A stretch of 64,000 bases of DNA from Candidatus Hydrogenedentota bacterium (GCA_045863295.1 BTWA01000010.1:64001-128000), one strand, 5' to 3'. Counted from the stretch's first letter, positions 22,427 to 32,800 are shown. Program-made: numbers and translations. Notes: generated from the sequence alone by a model not told the origin.

Positions 22427-23548
22427 ATGAAGGCAAAAGTGTTGAAGTCCATTGGAACACTCGGTGTTGTGGCTGCCGTGTTATCCGCCGGCGTATTTGC
22501 CGCTCCGGTCATTTCCGGTGAAAAAGCGGGTACCTGCCCTCTGGCCATGCTGGGTATTAAGTCGGCCTCGGCCAAATCAACCGACGTGGCGGCAAAGGAA
22601 GAAGGCACCTGCCCAATCGAAGCCGCCCGCGCGGCGCGCGCGGCAAAGGCCGAAGGCACTTGCGACGCCACCAAAGCGGTGAACGCCAAGGCTGAAGGCA
22701 CCTGCGACGCCACCAAAGCGGTGAACGCCAAGGCTGAAGGCACTTGCGACGCCACCAAAGCGGTGAACGCGGTTGCTGCGAAAGCCGAAGGCGAAGCGGA
22801 ATGCTGCGCTGCCGGCGCCAAGGCTGTCAACGCCGTGGCGGAAGGCGAAGCCTGTGAAGGCTGCCCTGCCGCAAAGACGGCCGCTGCCGAAGGCACCTGT
22901 GATGCCACCAAGGCCGTTAACGCCGTGGCCGAAAACGCCGAAGGCACCTGCCCCTTGGCCGCGGCAAAGCTCGCCGCCGGTGAAGGTACCTGCGATGCCA
23001 CCAAGGCTGTGAACGCAGTCGCGGAAAAGGCCGAAGGCACATGCGAAGGCGGTGCATGCCCCGCCGGTTCCAAAACGGCAGGCGCGAAAAACCTCATGAT
23101 GACCGCTGCCGACAACGGTTCGTTCATCACCTTGCTGCTCGCCGCCAAGGCCGCCGGCATGTGTGAGGTGCTCAGTGGCGAACAGGAAGTCACCGTGCTC
23201 GCGCCCGTGGACGCCGCATTCGCGAAGTTGCCAGCGGAACAGTTTGTCGCCCTGTTGCAGGATACGGAAAAACTGAAAGCCGTGTTGAACAATCACATCA
23301 TCCCCGGAAAACTTAGCTCGGAAGATATTGCCGCGCTGGCCTCCGCCAAGAACGCGGCGGGCGCCGAACTGGCCGTGTCCAACTGCAAAGTGAACGGCTT
23401 GAGCGTGGGAAGCGCCAAAGTCGTGCAGCCCAATCTCGTCGCCAGCAACGGCATGATTCACGCCATCGACAACGTCATCATGCCGGCCGGCATGGACCTG
23501 GCCAAAGCCGAAACGGCCGAAGCCACCCAGGTTGCCCTCGCCGAATAA
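22427..23548 (+). CDS. Secreted fasciclin (FAS1) protein with N-terminal Cys-rich EGTC repeats
   Basis: Signal peptide; TVLAPVDAAFAKL, NHIIPGK, ASNGMIHAIDNVIMP FAS1 motifs; GGGAGA RBS. Confidence 0.9.
   Translation: MKAKVLKSIGTLGVVAAVLSAGVFAAPVISGEKAGTCPLAMLGIKSASAKSTDVAAKEEGTCPIEAARAARAAKAEGTCDATKAVNAKAEGTCDATKAVNAKAEGTCDATKAVNAVAAKAEGEAECCAAGAKAVNAVAEGEACEGCPAAKTAAAEGTCDATKAVNAVAENAEGTCPLAAAKLAAGEGTCDATKAVNAVAEKAEGTCEGGACPAGSKTAGAKNLMMTAADNGSFITLLLAAKAAGMCEVLSGEQEVTVLAPVDAAFAKLPAEQFVALLQDTEKLKAVLNNHIIPGKLSSEDIAALASAKNAAGAELAVSNCKVNGLSVGSAKVVQPNLVASNGMIHAIDNVIMPAGMDLAKAETAEATQVALAE
22646..22771 (+). repeat. Three in-frame 42-bp tandem repeats (KAEGTCDATKAVNA)
   Basis: AAGGCYGAAGGCACYTGCGACGCCACCAAAGCGGTGAACGC x3, with further degenerate copies to about 23060. 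Confidence 0.95.
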
Positions 23549-23567
23549 TCGATCCGGAAATCGTATC

Positions 23568-23606
23568 GCGGCCCGCGTTGCCCGTCAGCGCGGGCCGCTT
23601 CTTTTT
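23568..23606 (+). terminator. Rho-independent terminator after the fasciclin gene
   Basis: GCGGCCCGCGTTG/CAGCGCGGGCCGC stem followed by TTCTTTTT. Confidence 0.85.
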
Positions 23607-23687
23607 GCGTCCGCCATTGACACAGGGGAAGACAATTCGCTTTACTGCCCCTGTATGCCCAAACGAAGCGTCTTCCAGGAGGTTATC

Positions 23688-24890
23688 ATGCGTCCACTCA
23701 CCCGATTCGCGGCCGTGCTCGGCTTGTCCGCTTTGTGCGTTGTAAGCGCCGCGCGCGCCGAACACGAAGTCCAGTCCGAACTCATCTTTCCCCTGCAGGG
23801 AAAACACGTGCACGGAAGCAGCATCGTGCAATGTCCGAACGGTGACTTCCTGGCAGCATGGTTCCAGGGATCCGGCGAACGCAGTGCCGACGACGTCGTC
23901 ATTAATGGCGCGCGGCTAAAGAAAGGCGCCAAGGAGTGGAGCCCGGTCTTTTTGATGGCCGACACGCCCAACATCCCGGATTGCAATCCAGTCCTCTTCA
24001 TCGACCCCAGCGAGAAACTCTGGCTGTTCTATCTCCCCGTCATCAGCAACCGCTGGGAAAATGGCATGCTCAAATACCGCACCTCCACCAACTATCAGGG
24101 CAAGGGCGCGCCCAAGTGGGATTGGCAGGACGTCATCGTTCTCACCCCTGGCGAAGAATTCGCGACGCAAATCGAAACGCTGTTCGAAGGATTGAATCCC
24201 GCCGATGGCATGTGGGGCGAATACGCGCCATCGTACTCATCCATGATTGTTGATGCCGCGAAGGACAAACGCAAGCGGCAAACCGGATGGATGACCCGCA
24301 TCCACCCCGTCGTGCTCGACAGCGGACGCATCCTGTTGCCGCTCTACTCGGACGGGTTCAACATCTCGCTCGCCGCCTATTCCGACGACATGGGCGCGAC
24401 TTGGACCGCCAGCGGCCCCATCGTCGGCCTGGGCCCCATTCAACCCACGTTTGTTCAGAAGAAAGACGGAACCATCGTCGGCTACTTCCGCGATAGCGGC
24501 ATGGCTCCCAGCCGCGCCATGACCAGCACTTCGTCCGACAACGGCGCCACCTGGGTGCCCTGCAAAGACACCGAAATTCCGAATCCCAGCAGCAGCCTCG
24601 AAGTCATCAAACTGAAAGACGGCCGCTGGGTCATGATCTGCAACGACACCGAACGCGGAAGGCACCAGATCTGCCTCATGATGTCCGACAACGAAGGCGC
24701 AACCTGGAAATGGAAACGCTACGTGGACAAGAGCGAAAACAACGAAGCGGGGTCGTATGCCTATCCCTCGCTCATCCAAAGCAAGGACGGTATGCTCCAC
24801 ATGACCTATTCGTTCCGCACAAATGAAGCCAGCGGAAAGTCAATCAAACATGTAGCCGTGCATCCCGATTGGATCACCGAGGGACAGTAA
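23688..24890 (+). CDS. Secreted BNR/Asp-box sialidase-like protein
   Basis: Asp-boxes SDDMGATW, SSDNGATW, SDNEGATW; HGSSIV, NPVLF, YPS; AGGAGG RBS. Confidence 0.88.
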   Translation: MRPLTRFAAVLGLSALCVVSAARAEHEVQSELIFPLQGKHVHGSSIVQCPNGDFLAAWFQGSGERSADDVVINGARLKKGAKEWSPVFLMADTPNIPDCNPVLFIDPSEKLWLFYLPVISNRWENGMLKYRTSTNYQGKGAPKWDWQDVIVLTPGEEFATQIETLFEGLNPADGMWGEYAPSYSSMIVDAAKDKRKRQTGWMTRIHPVVLDSGRILLPLYSDGFNISLAAYSDDMGATWTASGPIVGLGPIQPTFVQKKDGTIVGYFRDSGMAPSRAMTSTSSDNGATWVPCKDTEIPNPSSSLEVIKLKDGRWVMICNDTERGRHQICLMMSDNEGATWKWKRYVDKSENNEAGSYAYPSLIQSKDGMLHMTYSFRTNEASGKSIKHVAVHPDWITEGQ

Positions 24891-25149
24891 CCCGCGTCGC
24901 GCTCAATGCGCATGACTTGCGAAGTTGAATACATCGTCTGAACCAGTGGGGTGCCTACCACGGGAAATTGTCTCGTAAAACAATATGCAGGTCATGTTTT
25001 CACACTTGGAGGTAAGTTCAAGTGGCGTTGCGGCTGTGTGGAATCAGCATCTCGATCAAACCGCGCCGTTCCCATCGCAACTTGAATGACATAGGGGAGG
25101 ATCAGGCCAATTCCTGGTCCTCCCCGTTCACATGGAGGGAGTATGGCCC

Positions 25150-27735
25150 ATGCGAAAACCTATCGCCGTCGGCTTGCTTGTGTTCCTGTCCTGCATTACG
25201 GCGCGCGCGACCGTGTTTCACGGCATTACGGTATGGACCGATGCAGGCGCAAGCCGGCTCGAACAGCAGTACGCCGCTTTGCTCAAAAACCAGGCAGCGC
25301 GAAAGACCAGCGTGCCCTGCGAAGTCAAAGTGTACAGAGGCGAACCCTTTTCTCCGGACATGGCGCACATTATCCTCGGCCGTCCCACGGATTTCGCATA
25401 CCTCGCCGGACAATTCGACAAACTTCGTATCCCGTTTCCAACCGCCGGTGATCCCGGTGCCGAAGGGTTTCACATTCAACAAGTCATCGATTCGGTTCCC
25501 GTTCTCCTGGCGGCCGGGGCAGACGAGTTGGGCGTGCTGTACGCCTGCGGTGAAGTGCTACGGCAAATCACCTTTCTACCCAATGAGATTTCATTGCCCG
25601 ATCAATTACGCATCCGCACCGCACCGGCATTCGAAGTGCGCGGAACCGAAGTCAGCCAGGGCGCCACAATGCGACAACTTACCGGCGCCCGGGAATGGAC
25701 CGGCGATGAATGGAAACAGGCCGTACTCGAATACGTACTGGCGGGCGCCAACACAATCGCGGGCGGACACGTCAACAAGGATGGCGAAACCGCCTTTGAC
25801 TGGTACAAATCGCTGGGGCTCAAAACCCTCACCAGCTACAGTCCCAACGGTGGCTCGGGGCCGGAGGAATGGACCGCCAAGGAAGCCATCGGGCGCAAAG
25901 GCCATCTCTGCCCGTCAGTCCCCGAAGCCCGCGCTCACCTCCTCGAACAAGCCGAAGCGCATTTCAAGGGCTCACCCACATTCGATTACATCCGCTTCTA
26001 TTCCGGCGACGGTGGCGGGTGCGAATGCGAACGCTGCGCCCCTTACGGAAAAACCTACATCCACATGTGCGAAGCAATCGCCGCCATTATTCACAAGTAC
26101 CACCCAACCACTCAGATTTTCGCCACGAATCAGAAACTCGATAACGCGGGCGATATCGCCATTTTCGAATACCTGCAGGCGGAACCGCGTTCATGGTTGA
26201 GGGCATTCTGTTACGGCCCCGGTTCCAACGCCATGGGGTGGATGCCCGGCCGGCGCCAGGACCATCGCATGGATCTCTTTCGCTTTCCCGCGTTCGGACC
26301 CATGGACCGGTATCTCCGGGAAATTGTGCACCAGCTTCCTCCGGCGAACGACCTCGTATTCTTCACCGATCTCACGCACTGGGTCTACTCGCAATACGGC
26401 CTCATGGATCACGAACTCATCCCCGACCGGGACTACAACGTTCCCCCGCACTGGGGCCACGAACTCTATGACATGCATCCCGATCCGGCCATGCTCCAGG
26501 TCTACGATCGACGCACCTTCCACGCGAGGCCGCGCAACTATTACCACGTCTTTCAGCAAACCATGCGCTATGGCATCGGAGACGTCACCTATTCGGAAGG
26601 CCATCACGATCACTTCAATCAATGGATGTGGCAGCGCCTCATGTGGTCTCCCCATACCTCACTGGACGAAGTAATCGGCGAGTATTGCCGGTACTACTTC
26701 GGCCCGGATGCCGCGCCCTTCATGGCACAGGCGGTGCTGCAACTCGAGGAAAATCTGTCCACGCCAATCGCGGAAAACCCCGGCATCGATAAACTCACCG
26801 TGCTGCTGAAAGACGCCGCCCTGCGTATCTCTCCGGAGAACATGAAAAGCAACTACCTCTGGCGCGAATACATGCAGAGAGCACTGACCGATCAATACAT
26901 CCGATCCGACATGCAGCAGCAATACAACCTGAAAACACAGGTCGAGGGAATCTGCGCGCGGGGAATTCAGACAGGCGATTTCGACAGCGCCATCGTCCAG
27001 GCCACGGAACTCATGGCGGGGTTGAACGAAACTCCCGCCATGGCCGCGTTGAAAACCGAGATAGAACAGCTAGGCGACGAAAGCGAAGCAATCTTCGGTG
27101 TGCGCGGCACCGGACTCTACAACCTCGCGCAGGATTACGTTGGATTGGGGTGGATGAAGCGGCAGCTTGGCATTGCCGCCGATGCCGGCGAAGAACGTAA
27201 ACAGGAATCCCTGCGCCAAATCGCCTACTACGAAGACCCAGGCCCGGGCGGCTTTTACGACGACGCGGGAAACCCCGAAAAATCGCCCAACCTCGTGTAC
27301 GGATGGCCATACGGAGAAGGCGGCGTTTCGGATACCAATCGAAAATCGCAACGAACCTTTGCCTTTACCACCGACGAGAAGAACGGCGTTACCTTTCAGT
27401 ACCGCGCTCTCGACCCCAAAGCGGCCTACCGCATTCGCTTTACCCTTGGAAGGCCGCGTTACTTGCCAAGGTTCGCCGCTTTTCAAAAACAAACATCCCA
27501 ATCCATCTACGCCGACAACGTTCCTCTCGTGGAGAACCTTGAGCTACCCGAATACGAGACCGCGTTCTTCGAATACGACATACCACAAAACGCCACCGCC
27601 GACGGCGTCTTGAACATCGTCTTCCGCAAACAGCCCGGAGTGGGAGAGGGACTCCCGTCAGACGTGTCCATCTGGCGTAACACCGGTGGATGGGGCACGC
27701 TCGTTGCCGAAGCCTGGCTCATGAAAGTGAACTAA
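25150..27735 (+). CDS. Large secreted glycoside-hydrolase-like protein (GH20/GH67-type N-domain, Cys-containing barrel)
   Basis: Signal peptide; 'GADELGVLYA..E.LR...PAFEVRG' N-domain; CPS and DGGGCECERC; family not assignable. Confidence 0.55.
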   Translation: MRKPIAVGLLVFLSCITARATVFHGITVWTDAGASRLEQQYAALLKNQAARKTSVPCEVKVYRGEPFSPDMAHIILGRPTDFAYLAGQFDKLRIPFPTAGDPGAEGFHIQQVIDSVPVLLAAGADELGVLYACGEVLRQITFLPNEISLPDQLRIRTAPAFEVRGTEVSQGATMRQLTGAREWTGDEWKQAVLEYVLAGANTIAGGHVNKDGETAFDWYKSLGLKTLTSYSPNGGSGPEEWTAKEAIGRKGHLCPSVPEARAHLLEQAEAHFKGSPTFDYIRFYSGDGGGCECERCAPYGKTYIHMCEAIAAIIHKYHPTTQIFATNQKLDNAGDIAIFEYLQAEPRSWLRAFCYGPGSNAMGWMPGRRQDHRMDLFRFPAFGPMDRYLREIVHQLPPANDLVFFTDLTHWVYSQYGLMDHELIPDRDYNVPPHWGHELYDMHPDPAMLQVYDRRTFHARPRNYYHVFQQTMRYGIGDVTYSEGHHDHFNQWMWQRLMWSPHTSLDEVIGEYCRYYFGPDAAPFMAQAVLQLEENLSTPIAENPGIDKLTVLLKDAALRISPENMKSNYLWREYMQRALTDQYIRSDMQQQYNLKTQVEGICARGIQTGDFDSAIVQATELMAGLNETPAMAALKTEIEQLGDESEAIFGVRGTGLYNLAQDYVGLGWMKRQLGIAADAGEERKQESLRQIAYYEDPGPGGFYDDAGNPEKSPNLVYGWPYGEGGVSDTNRKSQRTFAFTTDEKNGVTFQYRALDPKAAYRIRFTLGRPRYLPRFAAFQKQTSQSIYADNVPLVENLELPEYETAFFEYDIPQNATADGVLNIVFRKQPGVGEGLPSDVSIWRNTGGWGTLVAEAWLMKVN

Positions 27736-27841
27736 ATTCAGATCTACGATTCCCTTCGGGGATGTGTGCAAACCGCAAGCCGCAACCTGTAAAATCATCC
27801 TAGGCTCTCGCAATATTGAATCAAGAGGGGAATTCGCCAAC

Positions 27842-29224
27842 ATGAAGCACTCGATTTCGCGCCGGACTTTCATCTTCATGAGCGCCGCGGCTGTCACAGG
27901 CTGTCAGACCGCCGGAAAGTCAAAGCCCGGCCGTGCCAAAAAGATTTCCCCGAACGACAAAATAAACTTTGCCGCCGTCGGCTGCGGCGGCAAAGGCGCG
28001 AGCGACATTGCCAGTTGCGATCGCGAGAATATTGTCGCCCTATGCGATGTCGACTGGAATCGCGCCGCCGCAACGTTTGACAAATACCCGGCCGTGAAGA
28101 AGTACAAAGACTTCCGGGAAATGCTCGATAAAGAAAAAATCGAGGCCATGACCGTCTCCACCCCGGATCACATGCACGCCCCGGTCGCCATGGCCGCCAT
28201 GGAGCGTGGCATCCACGTATACGTGCAAAAACCCATGGCCCACACCGTCCACGAAGCGCGAACGATGACTGCGGCCGCAAAGAAATACGGCGTTCAGACC
28301 CAGATGGGCAACCAGGGCCATTCCGGAGAAGGCGTTCGCCAAATGGCGGAGATGATTTGGAGCGGCGCCATCGGCCATGTACGGGAAGCTCACGTCTGGA
28401 CCAACCGCCCCACCTGGCCCCAGGGCATCGACCGCCCCGCCGGCTCTGACACGCCGCCCGAGAGCCTCGATTGGAATCTCTGGCTGGGTCCGGCCCCCGA
28501 TCGTCCTTACGTAGCCAAGCATCCTGTCACCGGCGGCGATTGCTACTGCCCGCACGTCTGGCGCGGCTGGTGGGATTTCGGTTGCGGCGCATTGGGCGAC
28601 ATGGCCTGCCACATCATGGATCCCGCCTTCTATTGTCTTCACCTCGGCTCGCCAACCGGTTTTGAATTGGTCATGCAGGAAGGCCGCACCGACGAGACCG
28701 GCCCAAAAAAATCCGTCCTCAAATTCAATTTTCCCGAGCGCCTCGATCCGCAAGGCAACAAACTCATCCCCCTCGATCTCTACTGGTACGACGGCGGCGA
28801 ACTGCCTCCGCGCCCTGAAGGAATCCCCGAAGGCGACAAACTCGGCGACGGCAAAAACGGTTCACTCTTCATCGGCGAAAAAGGCTGCGCCACGGCGGGA
28901 GAGTACGGTGGCATGCCCCGTCTCCTTCCTGACAAAGTAATGGACCAATACCAACGCCCCGAACCTACCATTCCCCGCCTCAAGGGAAGCCACTACATGG
29001 ATTGGCTCGGTGCCATCCGGGGAGAAAAGGAACACGCGGGCTCCCACTTCGACTACGCCGGACCCTTCACCGAAACCGTGCTCCTCGGCAACCTCGCCGT
29101 CCGGATCGGCGAACCCAAACAGCCCTTCCTCTGGAATGGCGACACCCTGCAAATCACCAACATCCCCGAAGCCAACCAATACCTCACCAAACAATACCGC
29201 AAAGGCTGGGAGATTAATTTATAA
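27842..29224 (+). CDS. Tat-exported Gfo/Idh/MocA oxidoreductase (possible lipoprotein)
   Basis: SRRTF Tat motif, VTGC lipobox-like, VGCGGKG, TPDHMH, VQKP, GDMACH. Confidence 0.92.
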   Translation: MKHSISRRTFIFMSAAAVTGCQTAGKSKPGRAKKISPNDKINFAAVGCGGKGASDIASCDRENIVALCDVDWNRAAATFDKYPAVKKYKDFREMLDKEKIEAMTVSTPDHMHAPVAMAAMERGIHVYVQKPMAHTVHEARTMTAAAKKYGVQTQMGNQGHSGEGVRQMAEMIWSGAIGHVREAHVWTNRPTWPQGIDRPAGSDTPPESLDWNLWLGPAPDRPYVAKHPVTGGDCYCPHVWRGWWDFGCGALGDMACHIMDPAFYCLHLGSPTGFELVMQEGRTDETGPKKSVLKFNFPERLDPQGNKLIPLDLYWYDGGELPPRPEGIPEGDKLGDGKNGSLFIGEKGCATAGEYGGMPRLLPDKVMDQYQRPEPTIPRLKGSHYMDWLGAIRGEKEHAGSHFDYAGPFTETVLLGNLAVRIGEPKQPFLWNGDTLQITNIPEANQYLTKQYRKGWEINL

Positions 29225-29474
29225 ACTAACGCAGATCCGCGACACTTCATGAGCCAGCGCTGCGCGAAAAGGCAGTGCTGGTAGCCATGGCTGAAAATCA
29301 GGTCCGCGTATAAGAATCCAATACTGTCTGACTACACGGAAACCCAAGGCAACTCCAGATATCTCACTGCGGTTCCGCGCCTCTGCGCGAGCCCATGAAT
29401 TTGGCCTTTCCGCCCTCCATTTGTTACCCTTCCCCGGTTTCCCGTTTCAGCTTACACACGGAGTATCCGCATCC

Positions 29475-30569
29475 ATGAAGCACTACACCATCGCCATTCT
29501 CGAAGGCGACGGCATCGGCCCTGAAATCACCAAAGAGGCCGTAAAAGTACTCAATACCATCGCCGCCCGCGGCGAAGTCGTTTTCGATCTCAAATTCGCC
29601 CCCTTCGGCGGAAAGGCCTATTTCGATCACGGAAAGTCCTTCCCCGACGAAACAAAAGCCGTATGCGACGCAGCCGACGCCATACTCAAAGGCCCCATCG
29701 GCCTCAGCTTCGAAGAGTCAAAAAAAATCCCCGTTGACGAACAACCCGAACGAGGCGCGTTGCTTCCGCTCCGGCGCCGCTACAATACCTTCGCCAATTT
29801 CCGGCCCGTCTATTTGCCTCCCCAACTCGCGCACTTCTCCCCGCTGAAATCCCGCGTCGTCGAAGGCGGCATCGATCTCATGATGATTCGCGAATTGGTC
29901 GGGGGTCTCTACTTCGGCAAGAAGGAAACCGGCACCACCCCCGAAGGCAAACGCTTCGTGGTGGAATCGCTGGAGTACGACGAGGATCAGATCAAGGCCA
30001 TCATGATCGTCGCCTTCGAAGAAGCACGCAAGCGGAAGAAGATTCTGCACAACGTTCACAAGAGCAACGTGCTTAAATCCAGCGTCCTCTGGAATACCGT
30101 CCTGGACGAAGTGCACAAAGACTATCCCGACATCGAAGTAAAACAGATCATCGTCGACGCCGCCGCCACCGCCCTCGTGCTCAATCCACGCCAGTTCGAC
30201 GTCATGGTCATGGAAAACATGTTCGGCGATATCCTAAGCGATCTCGGCGGTGGCCTGCTCGGTTCCCTCGGCCTCATGCCCTCCGCCTGCGTCGGCCCCG
30301 AAAAGGCCTACTACGAACCCTCCCACGGCTCCGCGCCCGACATCGCCGGCAAAGGCATCGCCAATCCCTACTCCATGATCGGCTCCGTCGCCCTCATGCT
30401 CGAAAAGAGTTTTCACATGGAAAAAGAAGCCCGCGAAATCATGGACGCCATGTGCACCGTCTTCGCCCAAGGCTACACCACCGCCGATCTAAAAGACCCC
30501 GAAGGAAAAAGCCAACCCATCAGCACCGCCGAATTCGGCGACAAGGTGGTCAAGGCACTCATGCAATGA
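29475..30569 (+). CDS. leuB: 3-isopropylmalate dehydrogenase
   Basis: GDGIGPE, PERGALLPLR, NFRP, RELVGGLYFG, NMFGDILSD, HGSAPDIAG. Confidence 0.93.
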   Translation: MKHYTIAILEGDGIGPEITKEAVKVLNTIAARGEVVFDLKFAPFGGKAYFDHGKSFPDETKAVCDAADAILKGPIGLSFEESKKIPVDEQPERGALLPLRRRYNTFANFRPVYLPPQLAHFSPLKSRVVEGGIDLMMIRELVGGLYFGKKETGTTPEGKRFVVESLEYDEDQIKAIMIVAFEEARKRKKILHNVHKSNVLKSSVLWNTVLDEVHKDYPDIEVKQIIVDAAATALVLNPRQFDVMVMENMFGDILSDLGGGLLGSLGLMPSACVGPEKAYYEPSHGSAPDIAGKGIANPYSMIGSVALMLEKSFHMEKEAREIMDAMCTVFAQGYTTADLKDPEGKSQPISTAEFGDKVVKALMQ

Positions 30570-30626
30570 TTAGCAGAACAACAATCACTGCAAGCTACTG
30601 AAGGTCGTAGTTGCTCGTGCCAAATG

Positions 30627-30662
30627 AAAATCGCACCGGGTGAGGATGTTCACCCGGTGCGA
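30627..30662 (-). terminator. Terminator between convergent leuB and the nrf operon (probably bidirectional)
   Basis: Perfect 13-bp stem TCGCACCGGGTGA/TCACCCGGTGCGA with a 4-nt U tract on the minus strand. Confidence 0.8.
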
Positions 30663-30683
30663 GAAAGAATGAACGGAGAAGGA

Positions 30684-30836
30684 CTACTCCACCGTTGGCA
30701 GTGTCTTGTCCCCTTTGCTTTCCGACGCCTGGCTGATGACCAGGTTTAACAGCTTCTCAAGCACGGTGAGAAAGACGCCTTGCTGCACCATGCCGATGGC
30801 CTGGGCCGGTTTTGTAATTGCGCGCATATGACGCAT
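30684..30836 (-). CDS. 50-aa small protein downstream of nrfA
   Basis: GGGGGA RBS before ATG 30836, 28 bp after the nrfA stop, ends just before the terminator. Confidence 0.55.
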   Translation of the reverse strand: MRHMRAITKPAQAIGMVQQGVFLTVLEKLLNLVISQASESKGDKTLPTVE

Positions 30837-30864
30837 GCTCAATCCCCCGGTTGTTTGCCGGCTG

Positions 30865-32295
30865 TCAGTGTACTTCGAGCATGGCCACATTTGCATCCGG
30901 CGCGCCCGTACCGCCCTCCAGCGCCATCTGCCCTTGCCGCAGGTGATTCATGGCCGTGAACAACAACCTCGCCGCTTCCTGAGGCGCATGGAATCCCGTG
31001 GAATTCTCCGCTTCCACGAAATCGATTAAGAATGTCGCCTTGCGTTGCCGGTCCCGCGCGGCGGTCAACGTCTCTTCCGAAGCCCCGGCGGCCTGTGCCG
31101 CCTTAATCGACTCGATCAGCTCAATCAACGCATCCATCGCCGCATTCCGCATTTCAAACGTCGTCGATTGAATCCGCTCCACCTTTTCTTTCAATTCCTG
31201 TTCCGGCACGTTGTGGCAGGTCTGACACGCGTTGTTGATGTTCAACAACGGACTGCGCACGTGGTGATCGCTGATCTTCTGGCTGCCCACCCGCTCGTAG
31301 GGCATGTGGCAATCCGCGCAGGCCACCCCCGATCGCGCATGTACCCCCTGGCTCCACATCTCGAATTCCGGGTGTTGCGCCTTCAGCATCGGCGCCCCGG
31401 TCTCCTCGTGCACCCAGTCCTTGAAACCCACTTCGTCGTAATACGCCAGAATCTCGTCGCCCTTGCGGCCCTTGAACCAAGGATAGGTCAACCGCTTTTC
31501 ATCGCCTTTGAAATAGTATTCAACGTGACATTGCGAACACACAAAGCTGCGCATCTCTTGCCGCGTGGCCATCGTGTTCACATCGTAGTTCTCGATTCCC
31601 TCGGCCGCCTTCACCACCTTAATCCCCTCAAGGAATCCAGGCCGCGTTACGCGCAACTGCATCGTTTGCGAATCGTGGCAATCAATGCACGCCACCGGAT
31701 GCGTCACTTCCTTGCGCGCTTCCGCGTACGGCATCGGATTCAACTTCTCGAATCCCTTGATGATGTCGCCATCGCCCAGACGCTTGTACGTGGTATACAC
31801 CGACGCATGGCAATGCAAGCACGTACCCGGCTGAGGCTTGGCTTGACGCCCCGTAAAGATCTGATCGTCCAGCATGTAGGCATGCCCGCGCTCCTCGCGA
31901 AAATCGATTGCAAAGGCATACCCCGCCCACATCCGCTTTAGGCGCGGATCGTCTTCAAGACGCGAGTTGGCAACAACCGACCGAGGGTCTACGTCCGTCG
32001 GTGTGCGAGGCACCGCCTCGCTGCCGCCAAATCGCGTCCGCACCATGTCCACCGTGCGCTGGTACCCGTCGTACTGCAGCGGAAAATTCTTGCCCCACAC
32101 CGCCGGATCCACGGTGTCGTCATCGAGTTCCACCACCCGGAAGAAGGGATTCTTCGCTTCCTGCTTGCGCTCGAAAATATTCACCAGCAGCGCCGTGGCC
32201 GCAATTCCGCCTACCAGCGCCACGACGCCGGTCAGCGCAATGATGGTCAGAATCCGGCGTGTCATTCCCGGTGGATTTGCGTTCGTGTCGCTCAT
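30865..32295 (-). CDS. nrfA: Ammonia-forming cytochrome c nitrite reductase, CXXCH heme-1 variant
   Basis: Five CXXCH motifs, WAGYAF..D..E.RGH, CHVEYYF, KAQHPEFE, ENSTGFHAP. Confidence 0.95.
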   Translation of the reverse strand: MSDTNANPPGMTRRILTIIALTGVVALVGGIAATALLVNIFERKQEAKNPFFRVVELDDDTVDPAVWGKNFPLQYDGYQRTVDMVRTRFGGSEAVPRTPTDVDPRSVVANSRLEDDPRLKRMWAGYAFAIDFREERGHAYMLDDQIFTGRQAKPQPGTCLHCHASVYTTYKRLGDGDIIKGFEKLNPMPYAEARKEVTHPVACIDCHDSQTMQLRVTRPGFLEGIKVVKAAEGIENYDVNTMATRQEMRSFVCSQCHVEYYFKGDEKRLTYPWFKGRKGDEILAYYDEVGFKDWVHEETGAPMLKAQHPEFEMWSQGVHARSGVACADCHMPYERVGSQKISDHHVRSPLLNINNACQTCHNVPEQELKEKVERIQSTTFEMRNAAMDALIELIESIKAAQAAGASEETLTAARDRQRKATFLIDFVEAENSTGFHAPQEAARLLFTAMNHLRQGQMALEGGTGAPDANVAMLEVH

Positions 32296-32323
32296 AGTCG
32301 CTATCCCTCTGCTTGTATCCGTT

Positions 32324-32800
32324 TCATTGATGCCCCACGGTCGAGTGGCAGCGCACGCACGACATGGCCTGCGAAGGATCGTCGTGGTTCAGATCGATCG
32401 AATGGACGACGTCCTCATGGCATCGCCGGCACGCCTCCTCCGTCACACGGAGATTCCGGCCCGTGATCTGAATCGGTTCATGGAAATTGCCCGTCGTGAA
32501 CGCCTTGGAATGATGCCAGCCATTGAGCGCCTTAACCGTGTATTTGGAAAGAAGGGGTTTCGGCGTATGGCAGTCGTTGCACACCGCCACGTGCCGGTGT
32601 CCCGATTTCAACCAGGCCGAGTACTGATCTTCCATTACATGACAATTGGCGCATGCGCGAGGGTCATCTGTCATGTACGAGGCGCCTTTGGCATAGACAA
32701 ACGTATACGCGCCGACACCCGAGGCCGATCCCGCGATCAAGCCAACCGCCACCGAAATGGCCAAAAGCAATCGCCAACGCCCTTGCAGCGTCCTGACCAT
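32324..32800 (-). CDS. nrfH: Tetraheme membrane-anchored quinol dehydrogenase subunit
   Basis: N-terminal TM helix; CANCHVM, CNDCH, CRRCH, CVRCH; adjacent to nrfA. Confidence 0.95.
   Translation of the reverse strand: MVRTLQGRWRLLLAISVAVGLIAGSASGVGAYTFVYAKGASYMTDDPRACANCHVMEDQYSAWLKSGHRHVAVCNDCHTPKPLLSKYTVKALNGWHHSKAFTTGNFHEPIQITGRNLRVTEEACRRCHEDVVHSIDLNHDDPSQAMSCVRCHSTVGHQ

Noticed and set aside
22646..23060. Regular repeats that might be a CRISPR array
   Set aside because: Head-to-tail 42-bp in-frame coding repeats with synonymous variation, no unique spacers and no cas genes
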